Below are positions 13,557-25,813 of a stretch of DNA of 64,000 nucleotides, piece after piece. The notes below the pieces were generated by a model. That model made no database searches. It worked only from the letters and a program-made list of their open reading frames with translations, and was not told where the DNA came from. The stretch comes from Felis catus (Eukaryota), in NCBI RefSeq assembly GCF_018350175.1, contig NC_058368.1, positions 157,668,001 through 157,732,000 of the forward strand. Direction: 5' to 3'. The number at the start of each line of letters is the position of its first letter. Positions within the stretch are counted from its first letter, which is position 1. Both the position numbers and the translations under genes were made by a program.

Positions 13557-16500
13557 ATATTGCTACAAGATACTGTGGAGGAAGACAAAAGGCATATGGA
13601 ATTAAGGAGACCCTGAAGACTGATTTTTAATCTTTCTCTCTGGTTGCCTGCTCCTCTGACCTTGAAGCTAGACCCCAAATCCTGGACTTCTACCCGAAGG
13701 AATCTTTATACTCTGATGGAATTTTCTTCTGATCCTACCACAATATTAAGACAGTTTGAAACACTTCATAGATTTTTATGAAAATGGTGATATTCTTTCA
13801 TTATATACTTATTGGATGTCTACTATCTATCAGTAAAAGAAAAGCCCTATCTCCTGCTTTCAGAAATTTATAGTTAAGGAAGTAAGACAGACATATAAAC
13901 TTACATTACATGATTCCAAGGTAGTGTGGAGAATAGTATTATAGAGAAATAAAATAAAGCACTGTAAAATCTGCCTAAGGGGTTTCAGTGAAGGTGGTAT
14001 TTGAACTAAGTTTTGAAAAATGAATGAAAATTTATAATTTTAAATTGAGACATTTAGTATGAAACCAAAATTGTGACCCCAAATTATAGACATTATTCAC
14101 ACCTCTGTCAGTGGCACCAATTTTATCTACTGGCAGTGTAAAAATTGTTCTTCAGTCTTCTAAGCCTAAGAAGTGAGCTCATAAGTAATGCCTTGAAAGT
14201 CAAATACTGAAAAACAAACTATTGCATTTCTAAATTACAACTATTTGTAAACAAAGACTCATTCTTGATAACCGTAGTTTCAGGAACTTAACTAAATGTG
14301 AAATGTACCAGGTCCCTCTACGACTCCTAGAACTCCTCAGCAGATGTCACTCGTTGGTTGGGCAGCTTGAAGGTCAGAATCTCCTCTGCAAGGCTCTTGG
14401 GTCAGCTACTGACTTTTTAGTACAAGGACTGCTTATGCATTTAACATTCATATCTTGGCTAGAACTCATTTCTATTGTGCTTTTGGGTCTGGATCTCAAT
14501 CTTCTCTAGAAACTAAAATGAGAGTCAGGAATATAATGGTAACAAGAACTAAAAATGAGTATGGACAAGAAGAATCTCATCGCAAAATAGGATGATAAAG
14601 CCTCACTAATTAGGAGATTACTCTCAATTAGTAAAAATATTGTCAGAATATCTTATAATGGAAGCATATTTTCCTGTGGCAAATGAATATTTCTCAAGCG
14701 TTGGAAAATATTTTTTCCCTTATGTCAATATGTATGCTTTACCTTGTTTCATAGCACATATCTCTGTAAACTACCTCAGATCAACTTTTAGACCAAGTTG
14801 AGAAAACGAAGAGGAAATGAATCAATAAATGAATATACTAATAGGCTCTAAAAAATAAGGTCCTTTTAAAAATTGCATAATTATCTAATTTAAGTTAATG
14901 AAAACTATCCAGAGTCCTATAAAATGCTTCTGTTGGCCCCATTAGTTTGCCAAAAATAAACCAGGAGTTAGATCTGAGTTGTGTGTTGGCTCTGCTCCCA
15001 TCTACCTGTGTAAGCCTAGGTAAAATACTAGAATGGCCCTGATGGATTAAGTGACCTCTGAGGAAATTTCTGCATGCCGTGGTTGGCCCTACCCTTCTGA
15101 AATCCCTTCAAGCCACTTATCAATTTGCCTTAAGTGCTACCGTTACTTAAAGTAAATCAGTCCAAACCATATAATTTATGAGATATTAGGATAGACACAT
15201 TTGGATGAGCTCTATTTTTCATTTTAGTAAACATTCCTACTATATGTTTTGGTCAAAGCCTCTCTGATTCAAATTTAATTTAAAGAACATGCAGGCAAAA
15301 TTACTACCTCTAAAGGCTATTGTAGGGTAGGGATAGATTCTAGGTTACATTGATTTCCCATTTGCAGGAACTTAGAACAACTTGTTCAATAGTTATATGA
15401 TTAACCTTCATATAACTGCTATAATAAATAGTATTCCCTAAGTGTTGGAGAGAAATCCTTAACCATGACATTTTGATAGATTTGATTTATGTAATGGATT
15501 ATTTTATTATCAGAGGCTTCATTTGCATTTTCCCAGTCATCTCAAGGTATGTAACACTGAAAAGCTAAGAGTGTACATGCTTTTATTTATTTTTTAACAT
15601 ATCCCATCTAAAACTTGGAACACCAATTTTCTTAGGTCAAATTTGAACTTTGATTTAATTACTTCCTTTTTTAAGGACTGTACATTTTCTTCATCTTTCT
15701 GTTTTTTCCTAGGTTCTTGTTCATTCTTGCTCATGAAACCTTTCTGTATACCGGAAGTGCATAATAGAGGAAAGGCTCAGTGGAATGGAGGAAGAGAGAT
15801 AATCATAGAAACCCACATTGAGCTAACTGACCCCTGGGATGCAATTTGAAGATGAGTATTCCAAATTATTTTTTCTCTGTCCAGATGATAGACTAATAAG
15901 GGAATCAATCAATCAGTCAATCAAACTCAATCAATAAGAACCGAGCAAGGCTCATCTGAGCAATGATGGATGGTACTTGAAAGTGAATTAGTGACTGATT
16001 TGGAGAGATTTCAGAGAGGTAGAGCTAACAGTGGCAAATCAAGTTAACTTGTATGTATTGCTGACAGGATGTGGGCTGGGCAATAGCAAATTCTTTCCAA
16101 TAGCCTCCAACTGCTTGTGAAGCTGACCTAGAGGCTGCTTCAAATCTGATAGATTGAAACAATTCCATCTGAAATCATTTTTTCAGCCTTGTAATTTTTG
16201 TAATAATATATCAAGCCTAGAAACTTGCATTTAAGCATCTGAATACATCTGAACAGAGGCAAACAATTCCCAACAATGCCTCCATGACAATATGCTGTTG
16301 GTTGCTAATTGGAAAAAAGCACAAGTAGTAATTAGAAGGCATTCTGTTGCTTGCTGGAAGGCTTCTCCCCTAAATGGTTAAAATATTCAGCTTTATAGGG
16401 TAACAACCTGATTTAAATTTTTGGAGTGTTGTGTTAGCAATGCATATTTACTTTTTTTTTTTTTTTCCAGTCATGTAGGATGTGTGCACCAGCTTAAAAA

Positions 16501-17499
16501 TCAAGTCATGCTCCAAATGGTTACTAATATGGCCACTCCTGGGACCTCCTCTTTACTCCCTCTAGAGACGAAATCCCTCTCGTGTCAATTCACCTCAATG
16601 CCTATCTAAGCCACTGCTCTTCCTCCCAGTCCTTTTCAGGCCATGGTGCCAGCAGGCTCTTTTCCCCAGTTGTTGACAATCAACCCTTCAGCAAGATGAT
16701 TGCCAAACAGAAGAGGAACATTTTGTAATGCATCCTGAAAGAATGTCAAACCCAGAGTTTTAGAAAATTCAGGTAAGCAAAACTTGGACAAAGATAAAGT
16801 GTGTGCTTCACCATCTCTCAGGTTTTGAAGCCCAGGATTCCTGCCCGGATCCTATGGTTTTGATTGGACCGCACCACTGGATGAAGATATTAGTGCTGCA
16901 GATCCAATAGGCATTTATTCACCCTAGAAAGTTTTTATGTTGGAAAATATAACTAAAAGAGTGTTTTGTTTTCTGCTATATCCATTTTTCCCTCATTTCG
17001 TTACAGTTAGGAAACATTATTCAGTACTTGGCAGTCTCTGTTTAGTCTTATGTTTCTGATGTTCCTCCCCCCATACTTTTTTCCCCCTGACAAGCAGAGG
17101 CAGACCATAGGTTTTGAATGTTTCTGTTTGTGGCAGGCATCCCCTTCCTAGTGCACAGCCTGCTCTGGCCCTGTTATGCAGCAGGCTGGTGAGGTTACCC
17201 GGATACCCAGAAGTGACTTCTGTGGCTTTGACAGTACCCTGGTGGATTCAGCTGATTAGTCAAAGCCAACTGTTTATTTTCAGGGATTTATTCTATTTTC
17301 CTACTTTGCCAATATCACCTAATTGAGGAACAGATGCTCTTAGTCAGGATCTTCTACAGTTCAAGGAACTCCAAAAAATCTTCCTTTACTCCAGGAGTCT
17401 AAAGCCCAGGCTTGAATAAATAGGTTCCCCTTATTCACTCTGAAGGAAGTATGCAAGTGAACATCTGGGTGCTTTTCTTTTCAACAGAGAATGGAAATG

Positions 17500-18140
17500 T
17501 TTGGAGACACAGTGTTTTGGAGACAGTGGGGGAAGTAGGCATTAAGTATATATTTTAAGGATTGTAACTTAGTACATACTTTCCTGGAGGTAGTTTAGTT
17601 CTATCACATACTTTTGACCAAGGAATTTCACTTTTAACTATTGTATCCCCAAAGTATACTACCATATGTATTCAAGGAAGACTGTATAAGGATATTTGTA
17701 TGGATTGTTTACAATAAGAAAAGATTAGAAGCAATCTAAATGTCCATTTAATAGGGGACTAGTTAAATAAATTATCAGAGGGCCATACAATAGATTCTTT
17801 AACATTTGTAAAAAAAAAATTGTTAAAAGAATGAAGCAGATTTATAGATATCAATATAGAAAATTTCCAGGCTATATTAGGTATCTAAGAAGGGACAGTC
17901 AATGCTGCCATTTTTGTAAATAAAAGGAGGCTTTATGTATACATGTATATGTTTGTGTATGTGTAGCCTTTCTTGACATACAATTATCAGCCGTTGCCTC
18001 TGGTGACGGGAACTGAGGAGCTTGGAGGAGGGTGGAAAGAGTCTTACTTTGTATGCTTTTTAATAAAGCTTAAAATGTTTTCCTTGTGAATTTAATTCCT
18101 ACTCATATAAGTAGGTAATTAAATAAACTGTAAATAAAGA
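17500..18140 (+). mobile_element. Ancient L1ME-type 3' fragment
   Basis: TTTGACCAAGGAATTTCACTT...AAGCAATCTAAATGTCCA...GGGGACTAGTTAAATAAATTAT. Confidence 0.6.
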
Positions 18141-18264
18141 TGTTAATTTTTCATCTTCCTGTTAGGATTTCTTCTTACTGTTTTTTGTTTTGGTTTTTTT
18201 TGTTTTGTTTTGTTTTGTTTTTTGTTTTTTGTTTTTTGTTTTTTTTTCCACAGAAAGGATTCTC

Positions 18265-18480
18265 TTTCTGGTCCTTGGGGTCAGATAGACCTTTAGGTCC
18301 GGCCCCCACTGACTAGCTGTGTGATACTCAGCAAATGATTTAGTGTTTCCAGAGCCTCACCTTTTTTCTCCTTCTTATAAATGAGATTAATAATATCTCA
18401 AGGCTTACTGGGAGACTTAAAAAAGGCAAGGTCCCTCCCATAATGCCTAGGACAAAATCTTTAATGGGACCTTGATAAAA
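18265..18480 (+). mobile_element. MIR SINE
   Basis: CCACTGACTAGCTGTGTGATACTCAGCAAATGATTTA...GAGCCTCA. Confidence 0.65.
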
Positions 18481-19473
18481 GAAAGCTAATTCCCTGCCCT
18501 TTTCAAGGCTTCAGGAGGTAATCCTGGTGGGACAGACATTTCTAGCACCTTGCTGCAGCCAAAAATCTTTCCAGTACCCTCTTTGAAGGCCGGTCTTACC
18601 CTCATAGCCACTGGAAGTTTTACAGCTTACTAGGTTAAAACAAAGAAAAAAAAGACAAGAAGTTACCATAATGCAAATAAACAATACCTCTTCTCCACTG
18701 GTGTTATGATTCAAAATAGGTCTCTGATGAGGGCCTCAGGCTGTCATCAGATCACGTGGGGCCAGGGTCCCACTGAGCTTGCACCACCTTCCCCAGGGCC
18801 CCTGAAGCTTTAAGGTTCTTTGCTGCTGTGACCCTTAGATCCCTCTGGGGTCCTCTTAGTTCTGGCAGCTGCTCAGCCCAGGAGGACAAAACAGCCACTG
18901 AGCTACCCAGAGTCATTTTCCCCCAGTCTCCTGGGGCCTTTACATTCAGAAAGAGTTTTGTTTTGTTTTTTTTTTTTTTCATTCTTTTTATTTTAGTTTT
19001 CAGACATGTATAAAAAATTGTTTCCATTTTTATGGGTAAAGAGGATACTTTTGAATAAACTTAGTCTCTAGTAGGGAAACTGCTGTGGCAAAGGAGTGTA
19101 TGTGCCTGTATGTGCACATATAGTCTTCTTTTCTGAGATCACCAGAGAATCTGAAGCAACTGAAGTGTTTTGCTTTTGTTCCCCCTGTGGCCTTGGTCTA
19201 GTTGAAGTATACCACATCCTGGGTAGTTTTACACACAACAACCTGAAACCAGAGGTTGTGGACTCGAGTCACAGAGAGGTACCGAGTTCTTCTGAGCTCT
19301 GGTGAGAGTCACAGAGCCCACAGTACTTTACACCTGTCTTGATTATCATTCACCCCATTGCACTGTCTACACCAATTTGCAGTGGAAGGTTGAAGTGGAG
19401 GGTGCTAGCTCTGGTAACTGTCAGATCTGGGTATGAAAGCCGGCCTTGCTACTTTCTAGCTGGGTAGCCTTCA

Positions 19474-19821
19474 TGTCTTAGTTTGTTTCAGCTGCTATAA
19501 TAAAATAACTTGGGTGACTTCTAAACAATAGAAATATTTTTTTTTCACGATTTGGGAGGTTGAGAAGTCCAAGGTCAAGGCACCTGCAGATTCAGTGTCT
19601 GGTGAGAGCCCTCTTCTTCAAGACAGTGCATTCTTGCTTGCAACCTCACATGACAGAGGATCTCTGGGACCTTTGTATAAGGGCACTAGTCTGATGGCTT
19701 CTGCCCTCATGACCCAATCACAGGCTCTACTTCCTAATACCATCACACTGGGGGTTAGGATTTCAACATATAAATTTTGGGTGGAGCCATGGGCAGGGCC
19801 ATAAACATTCAGGTCATAGCA
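19474..19821 (-). mobile_element. MaLR solo LTR (MLT1-like) inserted in a MIR
   Basis: TGTCTTAGTTTG...AAGTCCAAGGTCAAGG...GGGGTTAGGATTTCAACATAT...CATAGCA. MIR halves lie at about 19420-19473 and 19822-19940. Confidence 0.85.
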
Positions 19822-20502
19822 CTCGGGTAAATTATGGAATCTTCTTAAAGCTTTAGTTTCTTCATCAGTGATACAGGGATAATGATACCTGCCTCATGGG
19901 GCTGGTGTGCCCACCACTGTGTCTGGCACACAGTAAGCCTTCAGCCAGGGCACTGCTAACTCAGACCCTGGCTGTCTTTTTGCTTGATAGTGAGTTCTTG
20001 CAGGACAGACACTGTTTCTTTCCCTTTATTTTATCCCACGTGCCCAGCACATTGCCTAAGCATTTGATGAATAAATGAGCTCTCCAAAGCAGAATCACAA
20101 TGTGGCTGATTTTGTGACACATGTACCATTCTTATTTGACTGGCATCCTTGGAACTGGCACCCCCTTGTAACATCATTTTCTTCTTGACCACTCCTCTGC
20201 CTTTGGAAAACTCTTCCACTTCTATGTATTGTTTTATAAATTGTCTTCCATGGATGGCTTATTATAACTTGTTTTCTTTTTTTTTTTTTGTCTTAAAGAA
20301 ATTCTCTCATCCTCAAGACCAATAGAAAAGAAAAAAAGAAAAAGGATTTCAGAGATTTATAGCAAATTTTGTCAGTATTTCTTATTACTTAAAATCTGCA
20401 TTTGGCTAGAAAGTAGGAAAGATAATTGCTTTCCAGAATTTTGCATACAATTCTCTTAGGTCTATACTGTGGCATTCAGTATGTATCTTTAGACCCTTTC
20501 TT

Positions 20503-21154
20503 TTCTTTCTTTTTTTTTTCTTTTTCTAATTTATTGTCGAATTGGCATCCATACAACACCCAGTGCTCATCCCAACAGGTGTCCTCCTCAATACCCATCA
20601 CCCACCCTCCCCTCCCTCCCACCCCCCATCAACCCTCATTTTGTTCTCAGTTTTTAAGAGTCTCTTGGGGCGCCTGGGTGGCGCAGTCGGTTAAGCATCC
20701 GACTTCAGCCAGGTCACGATCTCGCGGTCCGTGAGTTCGAGCCCCGCGTCAGGCTCTGGGCTGATGGCTCGGAGCCTGGAGCCTGTTTCCGATTCTGTGT
20801 CTCCCTCTCTCTCTGCCCCTCCCCCGTTCATGCTGTGTCTCTCTCTGTCCCAAAAATAAATAAACGTTGAAAAAAAAATTAAAAAAAAAAGAGTCTCTTA
20901 TGTTTTGGCTCCCTCCCTCTCTAACCTTTTTTTCTTTTTTTTCTTTCCCCTCCTCCATGGTCTTCTGTTAAGTTTCTCAGGATCCACCTATGAGTGAAAA
21001 CATACGGTATCTATCTTTCTCTGCCTGATTTATTTCACTTAGCATAACACTTTCCAGTTCCATCCATGTTGTTATAAATGGCCAGATTTCAATATTTGTC
21101 ATTGCCAAGTAGTATTCCATTGTATATATAAACCACATCTTCTTTATCCATTCG
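20503..21154 (-). mobile_element. 5'-truncated felid L1 3' end containing a nested SINE
   Basis: Reverse complement of the L1 3'UTR/ORF2 tail. 17-bp TSD TCTTTAGACCCTTTCTT at 20486-20502 and 21155-21171. Confidence 0.93.
20667..20888 (+). mobile_element. Young CAN-SINE (SINEC_Fc-type) nested in an L1 3'UTR
   Basis: GGGGCGCCTGGGTGGCGCAGTCGG head, CT-rich tract, AATAAA and A-tail. TSD AAGAGTCTCTT at 20656-20666 and 20889-20899. Confidence 0.96.
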
Positions 21155-21899
21155 TCTTTAGACCCTTTCTTATCGAAATTTGAGTTGGGCCTCTTTCAAA
21201 TTTTCATGATGCTTCATGTTGTAGCTTCATGATACCCAAATTCAAGATAGGTCACTACTGAGTTAGTTCAAAATATATATGATGACTTTCAAAAAGTGAA
21301 AACTAACCAGTTGTCTCTTTTGTATTTGACCTAGAAGATTACTGTAACATACTACCTAATAAAATGGGCAAAATTTGATACATACTTTTCCCCAAATGTT
21401 AATATTATGATTGTAAAAGAGAAGGCACAAGAGCTTTTCTATTTCCTGGAGAGAAACCTCTTCACTTCTGCTTTTCAGACATGACCAAAGTAGGCTCTGA
21501 TTTCTTTGTTGTCAGAAACAAAGAGCTGGAAGAGACCATAGAGGTCATTCATTCCAACCCTTCATTTTGCTGAGACACTGCATGACTTAACCAGGATCAC
21601 AGGGCTAGTTAATAGCAGGGTGGTTCTTAGAAGGCAGATCTCCTAAATCATTGTTCAGTGATTTTTCTAATACACCTAATGCCTTTTCTCCTACACTCAA
21701 GATTTATAGGTTTTAGTGATGCATATTCTAATATTGTTACTCTTAACTTAAATAAGTTAAGGAATGATGGCAGAAGATTGATTTCATTGAGGGAATTCCA
21801 TAGCAGTTAAGGGTGTGCCTATACTCCAAATGAGAGAAAACAAAAATGAGAACTCAAACAATGTGGTTAGGATCATATTTGTCAGAAAAACCAGTATTT

Positions 21900-22560
21900 G
21901 GTGACCTAATTTATTATCCAGTTATGGAGATGAGTCTAGTGCACATGAAATGAGAGATAATCAGATGTTTTGTGAGGTGATGGATTCTATGGTACAGAGA
22001 AAATGTTTCCTGAGGACTGTAGGAGTGAGAGGAATCTTCATGGAGAAGATGAGACTAATCTAGGTCCTAAAGAATGAGCAGGGTTTAGATATGGAGCTGG
22101 AGAAGCAGGGCATTCCACACAAGAGCAAGAAGCATGTGTGGAGCAGTAGAATGGGAACTGGAAAATTGTGGGTGTGTGTCTTGTGTATTCATGAGAGACT
22201 GGTGAGGAAGCCAGTCCGACTGGAAAATAAGGATAGGCTGGTAGGGTGGAGTCATATTATGGAGGACTTTGAAAGTCAGGTAGAAAAGGTCAGACGTGTA
22301 GACTACAGTGAACTCACTTTGCATTTTGAGCTAAAGCATGACTTTGTGGAGATTTTTTGAGACTGCTATTTGGGAAGTTTGGTTTTGAGAGTCCAGATGG
22401 CTGGTTATGAGGCATTTCAGTATCTAGGCAGGAGATAGTAAGATGGCAGAGACAAGGGGAGATGGAAAAGAAAAAAAATATATAAAGACATTCCTAAATA
22501 ATAACTACTGTGGTAACTGGTTAGATGTGGTAGATGAAGAGAAGAAATTGTTCCAATTTG
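21900..22560 (-). mobile_element. LINE-2 remnant
   Basis: Purine-rich L2-antisense-like stretch (GAAGCAGGGCATTCCA..., TCTAGGCAGGAGATAG..., TAACTGGTTAGATGTGG). Confidence 0.55.
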
Positions 22561-23239
22561 GATCTGAAGCTCAGAGAAGTGACGAAACTCACAGAAGTTT
22601 GTCTGAATTTCATTTACTACCAAGACCAGAATTTAAGCTAATTGCTCTAATGGAACCTGTTCCTGGCCAGCAATCCTTCTCTTCTCTTTTAGGTTACAGA
22701 GCTATTGTATTAAACGTGTGTCTTATTTCCTTTAAGGAAAAACAATATTTGTAAAAAAGTTGCTTGGTTCCTTGCACCTGCCTTCTGATTATTGTTGACT
22801 TTGCCACTTAGTTATCTCATTGTTAAATATATAAAGATCCCTGGAGCCCATTAGTCTCTGCAGGTGGGAATGTATTTAATCTATGGGAGAAAACACAATT
22901 ACTTACCTGGACTGTTTGTTCTGTGACTAATAATGTAGTCACATTGATCTACCCTCTATGCCCAATGAGTTCCCAAAGGTTTTTGTATTGAGAGGAGAGG
23001 GGGCATCAGATTTAATGGTTTAGTTCACATACATAACTAAGGGAGTTAGTTGGGGGACCTTGGATATACTCATTGGGTAACTGATGAAATTTAAAAAGAT
23101 CGTAGGGTACAGAAGTCTGTAGCTCTTGTACAAGAGAGTGACATTTTTTTCTGGTCCAAGGGACATCCCATTCTCTCACTGCCATGTCTCCATCCTGAGA
23201 GAGGCTAAAAAACAGATAAGCTAGAAGAACACTATGCTG

Positions 23240-23281
23240 CAAGTGTTCCTAATGCCAGCAACCATTTATGTAGTAAAATAT

Positions 23282-23313
<32 letters not shown>

Positions 23314-23500
23314 TTATTATTATTACTATTACTATTACTATTACTATTATTATTTAATCCTCACAGTAGTCTTAAGAGGTAGATATAATTGTCATTCTCA
23401 TCTTACAGATAATGACACTGAGAAAATCTGAGAGAGATAAAATAAAATGTGTGTCAAACCATCTGTCTGACTTTAAATCCTGGATTTTTTTCACTCCAGT
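23240..23500 (-). mobile_element. MIR SINE containing a TAY microsatellite
   Basis: TTTAATCCTCACAG...CATCTTACAGATAATGACACTGAG. Confidence 0.68.
23279..23353. repeat. Compound (TAC)/(TAT) trinucleotide repeat, 25 units
   Basis: Read directly from the sequence. Confidence 0.97.
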
Positions 23501-24871
23501 GTGGACACCATGGGCAAGAAATCAGGCTCTGAGAAACTGCCAACTTGTTTACATGTTTTATTTTTCAATTATGTGACATTAGTTCTTTATGGATTGTTTG
23601 GACTTGTCTATTACAACAAATAATTCATAGAGTGGTATATTTCTTTGCACTGGCTATTAGCTCCTGTGAACTAATTTTGCTGCATAAAGTCATCCTTGCA
23701 GCTGTTTAAATTATCCAACCAATCTGAATTCTTGTTTTGCTTCTTACAAGGTCTGGCTTGACTTGGAAGAAAAATGGGTATTCAATTTCTCTCACTATTC
23801 CAGCTGCCTGGAATGATAACTTCTACCTGTACTTTGGGACTCTGGCTCAAAGCCAATATGGTTGTGCAAGGGAAGGGTAAAGTGGCTGGGTTGAGGGTGT
23901 ATGTTGTGTCTGCCATTTTTACAAGGGCAGTATTTTGAGAACAGTGTTGCCACATGGCTGAAGGAAATGTTGGGTTGCAAACATGCTTGGTGTGGTTTGC
24001 TATGCTTTTACTCATTTTCCTCCCATTAAGCTGTCTTCATCAGTTTGTCTTGTGGACACTTGCCACTCTAAAATAGAGTGCTGTGTGAATGGTGGCATGT
24101 TCTGGGCTTAAACCTGTGGCAAATCACCAACATTGCTCCTCTTCTTAAATTCCAAGAAAGCATGCTAGGTACCAAGGAAAAGTTGGCTGGCATTTCTTCT
24201 GGTTGTGATATAATCATTGCATTCCTTGACTAAAAGATTTTGAGAGGCCAGCTTATTGTTTCTAACTTGCCCGCATCTTCTTGACATGGATCCATTTAAA
24301 AAATCCTCAGAAAATGTATTACATTTTATTGAGCCCCCAAAGAGAGTCCAACTTCTTTTTATTATTAATTCTAGTGTTTATCAATTTAGATTGTGTTTAA
24401 ATAACTGGAAAAAAAAATCAGATGATGACAAGGTTGACCAACTCTGTAGTCCTCTTCCTGTTTGTTTTGGCTCAATACATAGCCAGTTGAATTGATTATG
24501 TAAACATCAGCTATTCACATGGAAGAACAAACTGGACTGGATTACGTGATACTCAGGTCACAAAGACCTAACCTCATTATCACCAAATTCATCCTTCATC
24601 TAATTTCAATCCCTGAGGGTGCAATTCAAGTAAACCTCCTCTGAAGTTGCCATAAATGGAGGTGGAAATAACTTCTTGCTGTTGGCGGTGTAAGAAACCT
24701 CTGTATGTACAGGAAGATAAGAGAAAGAAACTTTGGATCCTTACAATAGATAATTCGAGAACTTTTTGCTGCTCAAGTAATCTTAGTGACCTGAAGTTGC
24801 TCAGTAAATATGAAATTGTTCATAAACAATTTAGGACAAAAAGCAACAGTGGTAAAAATTAACTACTGTTT

Positions 24872-24888
24872 AGAGAAAGCAGTCCTAG
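24872..24888 (+). repeat. 5' target-site duplication of the full-length L1 (partner at 30810-30826)
   Basis: Exact 17-bp match (18 bp including the preceding T) at both ends of the element. Confidence 0.97.
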
Positions 24889-25813
24889 AAGCGGCAAGAT
24901 GGCGGCGTAGGAGGACGCTGGGCTCACTGCGCGTCCTGCTGATCACTTAGATTCCACCTACACCTGCCTAAATAACCCAGAAAACCGCCAGAGGATTAGC
25001 AGAACGGAGTCGCCGGAGCCAAACACAGACGAGAGGCCCACGGAAGAGGGTAGGAAGGGCGGCGAGGCGGTGCGCGCTCCACGGACTGGCGGGAGGGAGC
25101 CGGGGCGGAGGGGCGGCTCGCCGGCCAAGCAGAGCCCCCGAGTCTGGCTGGCAAAAGCGGAGGGGCCTGACGGACTGTGTTCCGACAGCAAGCGCGACTT
25201 AGCGTCTGGGAGGTCATAAGTTAACAGCTCTGCTCGGAAAGCGGGAAGGCTGGAGGACAAAGGGAGGGAGAGCTGCTGAGCCCCCTGACAACACAGCTCA
25301 GTTTGGTGGGGAACAAAGGCGCTCGCCAGCGCCATCTCCCCCGCCCATCCCCCAGCCAAAATCCCAAAGAGAACCGGTTCCTGCCAGGGAACTTGCTTGC
25401 TCGGCGCAAACACCCAACTCTGTGCTTCTGCGGAGCCAAACCTCCGGCAGCGGATCTGATTCCCTTCCGCTGCCACAGGGCCCCTCCTGAAGAGGATCAC
25501 CTAAGGGGAAGCAATCTAACCCTGCCCCTCCTGCCCCCATGCACCTTGCCTACCCACCCCAGCTAATACGCCAGATCCCCAGCATCACAAGCCTGGCAGT
25601 GTGCAAGTAGCCCAGACGGGCCACACCACCCCACAGTGAATCCCGCCCCTAGGAGAGGGGAAGAGAAGGCACACACCAGTCTGACTGTGGCCCCAGCGGT
25701 GGGCTGGGGGCAGACATCAGGTCTGACTGCGGCCCCGCCCACCAACTCCAGTTATACACCACAGCACAGGGGAAGTGCCCTGCAGGTCCTCACCACACCA
25801 GGGACTATCCAAA
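24889..25813 (+). promoter_or_regulatory. L1 5'UTR internal promoter / CpG island with a YY1 site
   Basis: Dense intact CpGs against a CpG-poor background. YY1 motif CAAGATGGCGG at 24895-24905, at the element's 5' end as in other mammalian L1s. Confidence 0.88.

Noticed and set aside
15713..15851. Possible exon after a good acceptor at 15711-15712
   Set aside because: The nearest donor-like site reads AAG|ATGAGT (no GT) and the peptide is not recognisable.
20667..20750. tRNA-like A/B boxes (also in the other SINE heads)
   Set aside because: tRNA-derived heads of CAN-SINEs with CT tract, A-tail and TSD; not tRNA genes.
23234..23431. Poly-tyrosine ORF
   Set aside because: Translation of a TAY microsatellite inside a MIR.
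25775..25813. N-terminal extension of ORF1 in the ORF track (also the 26704 start for ORF2)
   Set aside because: These are GTG starts; the first ATGs at 25814 and 26758 match typical L1 N-termini.
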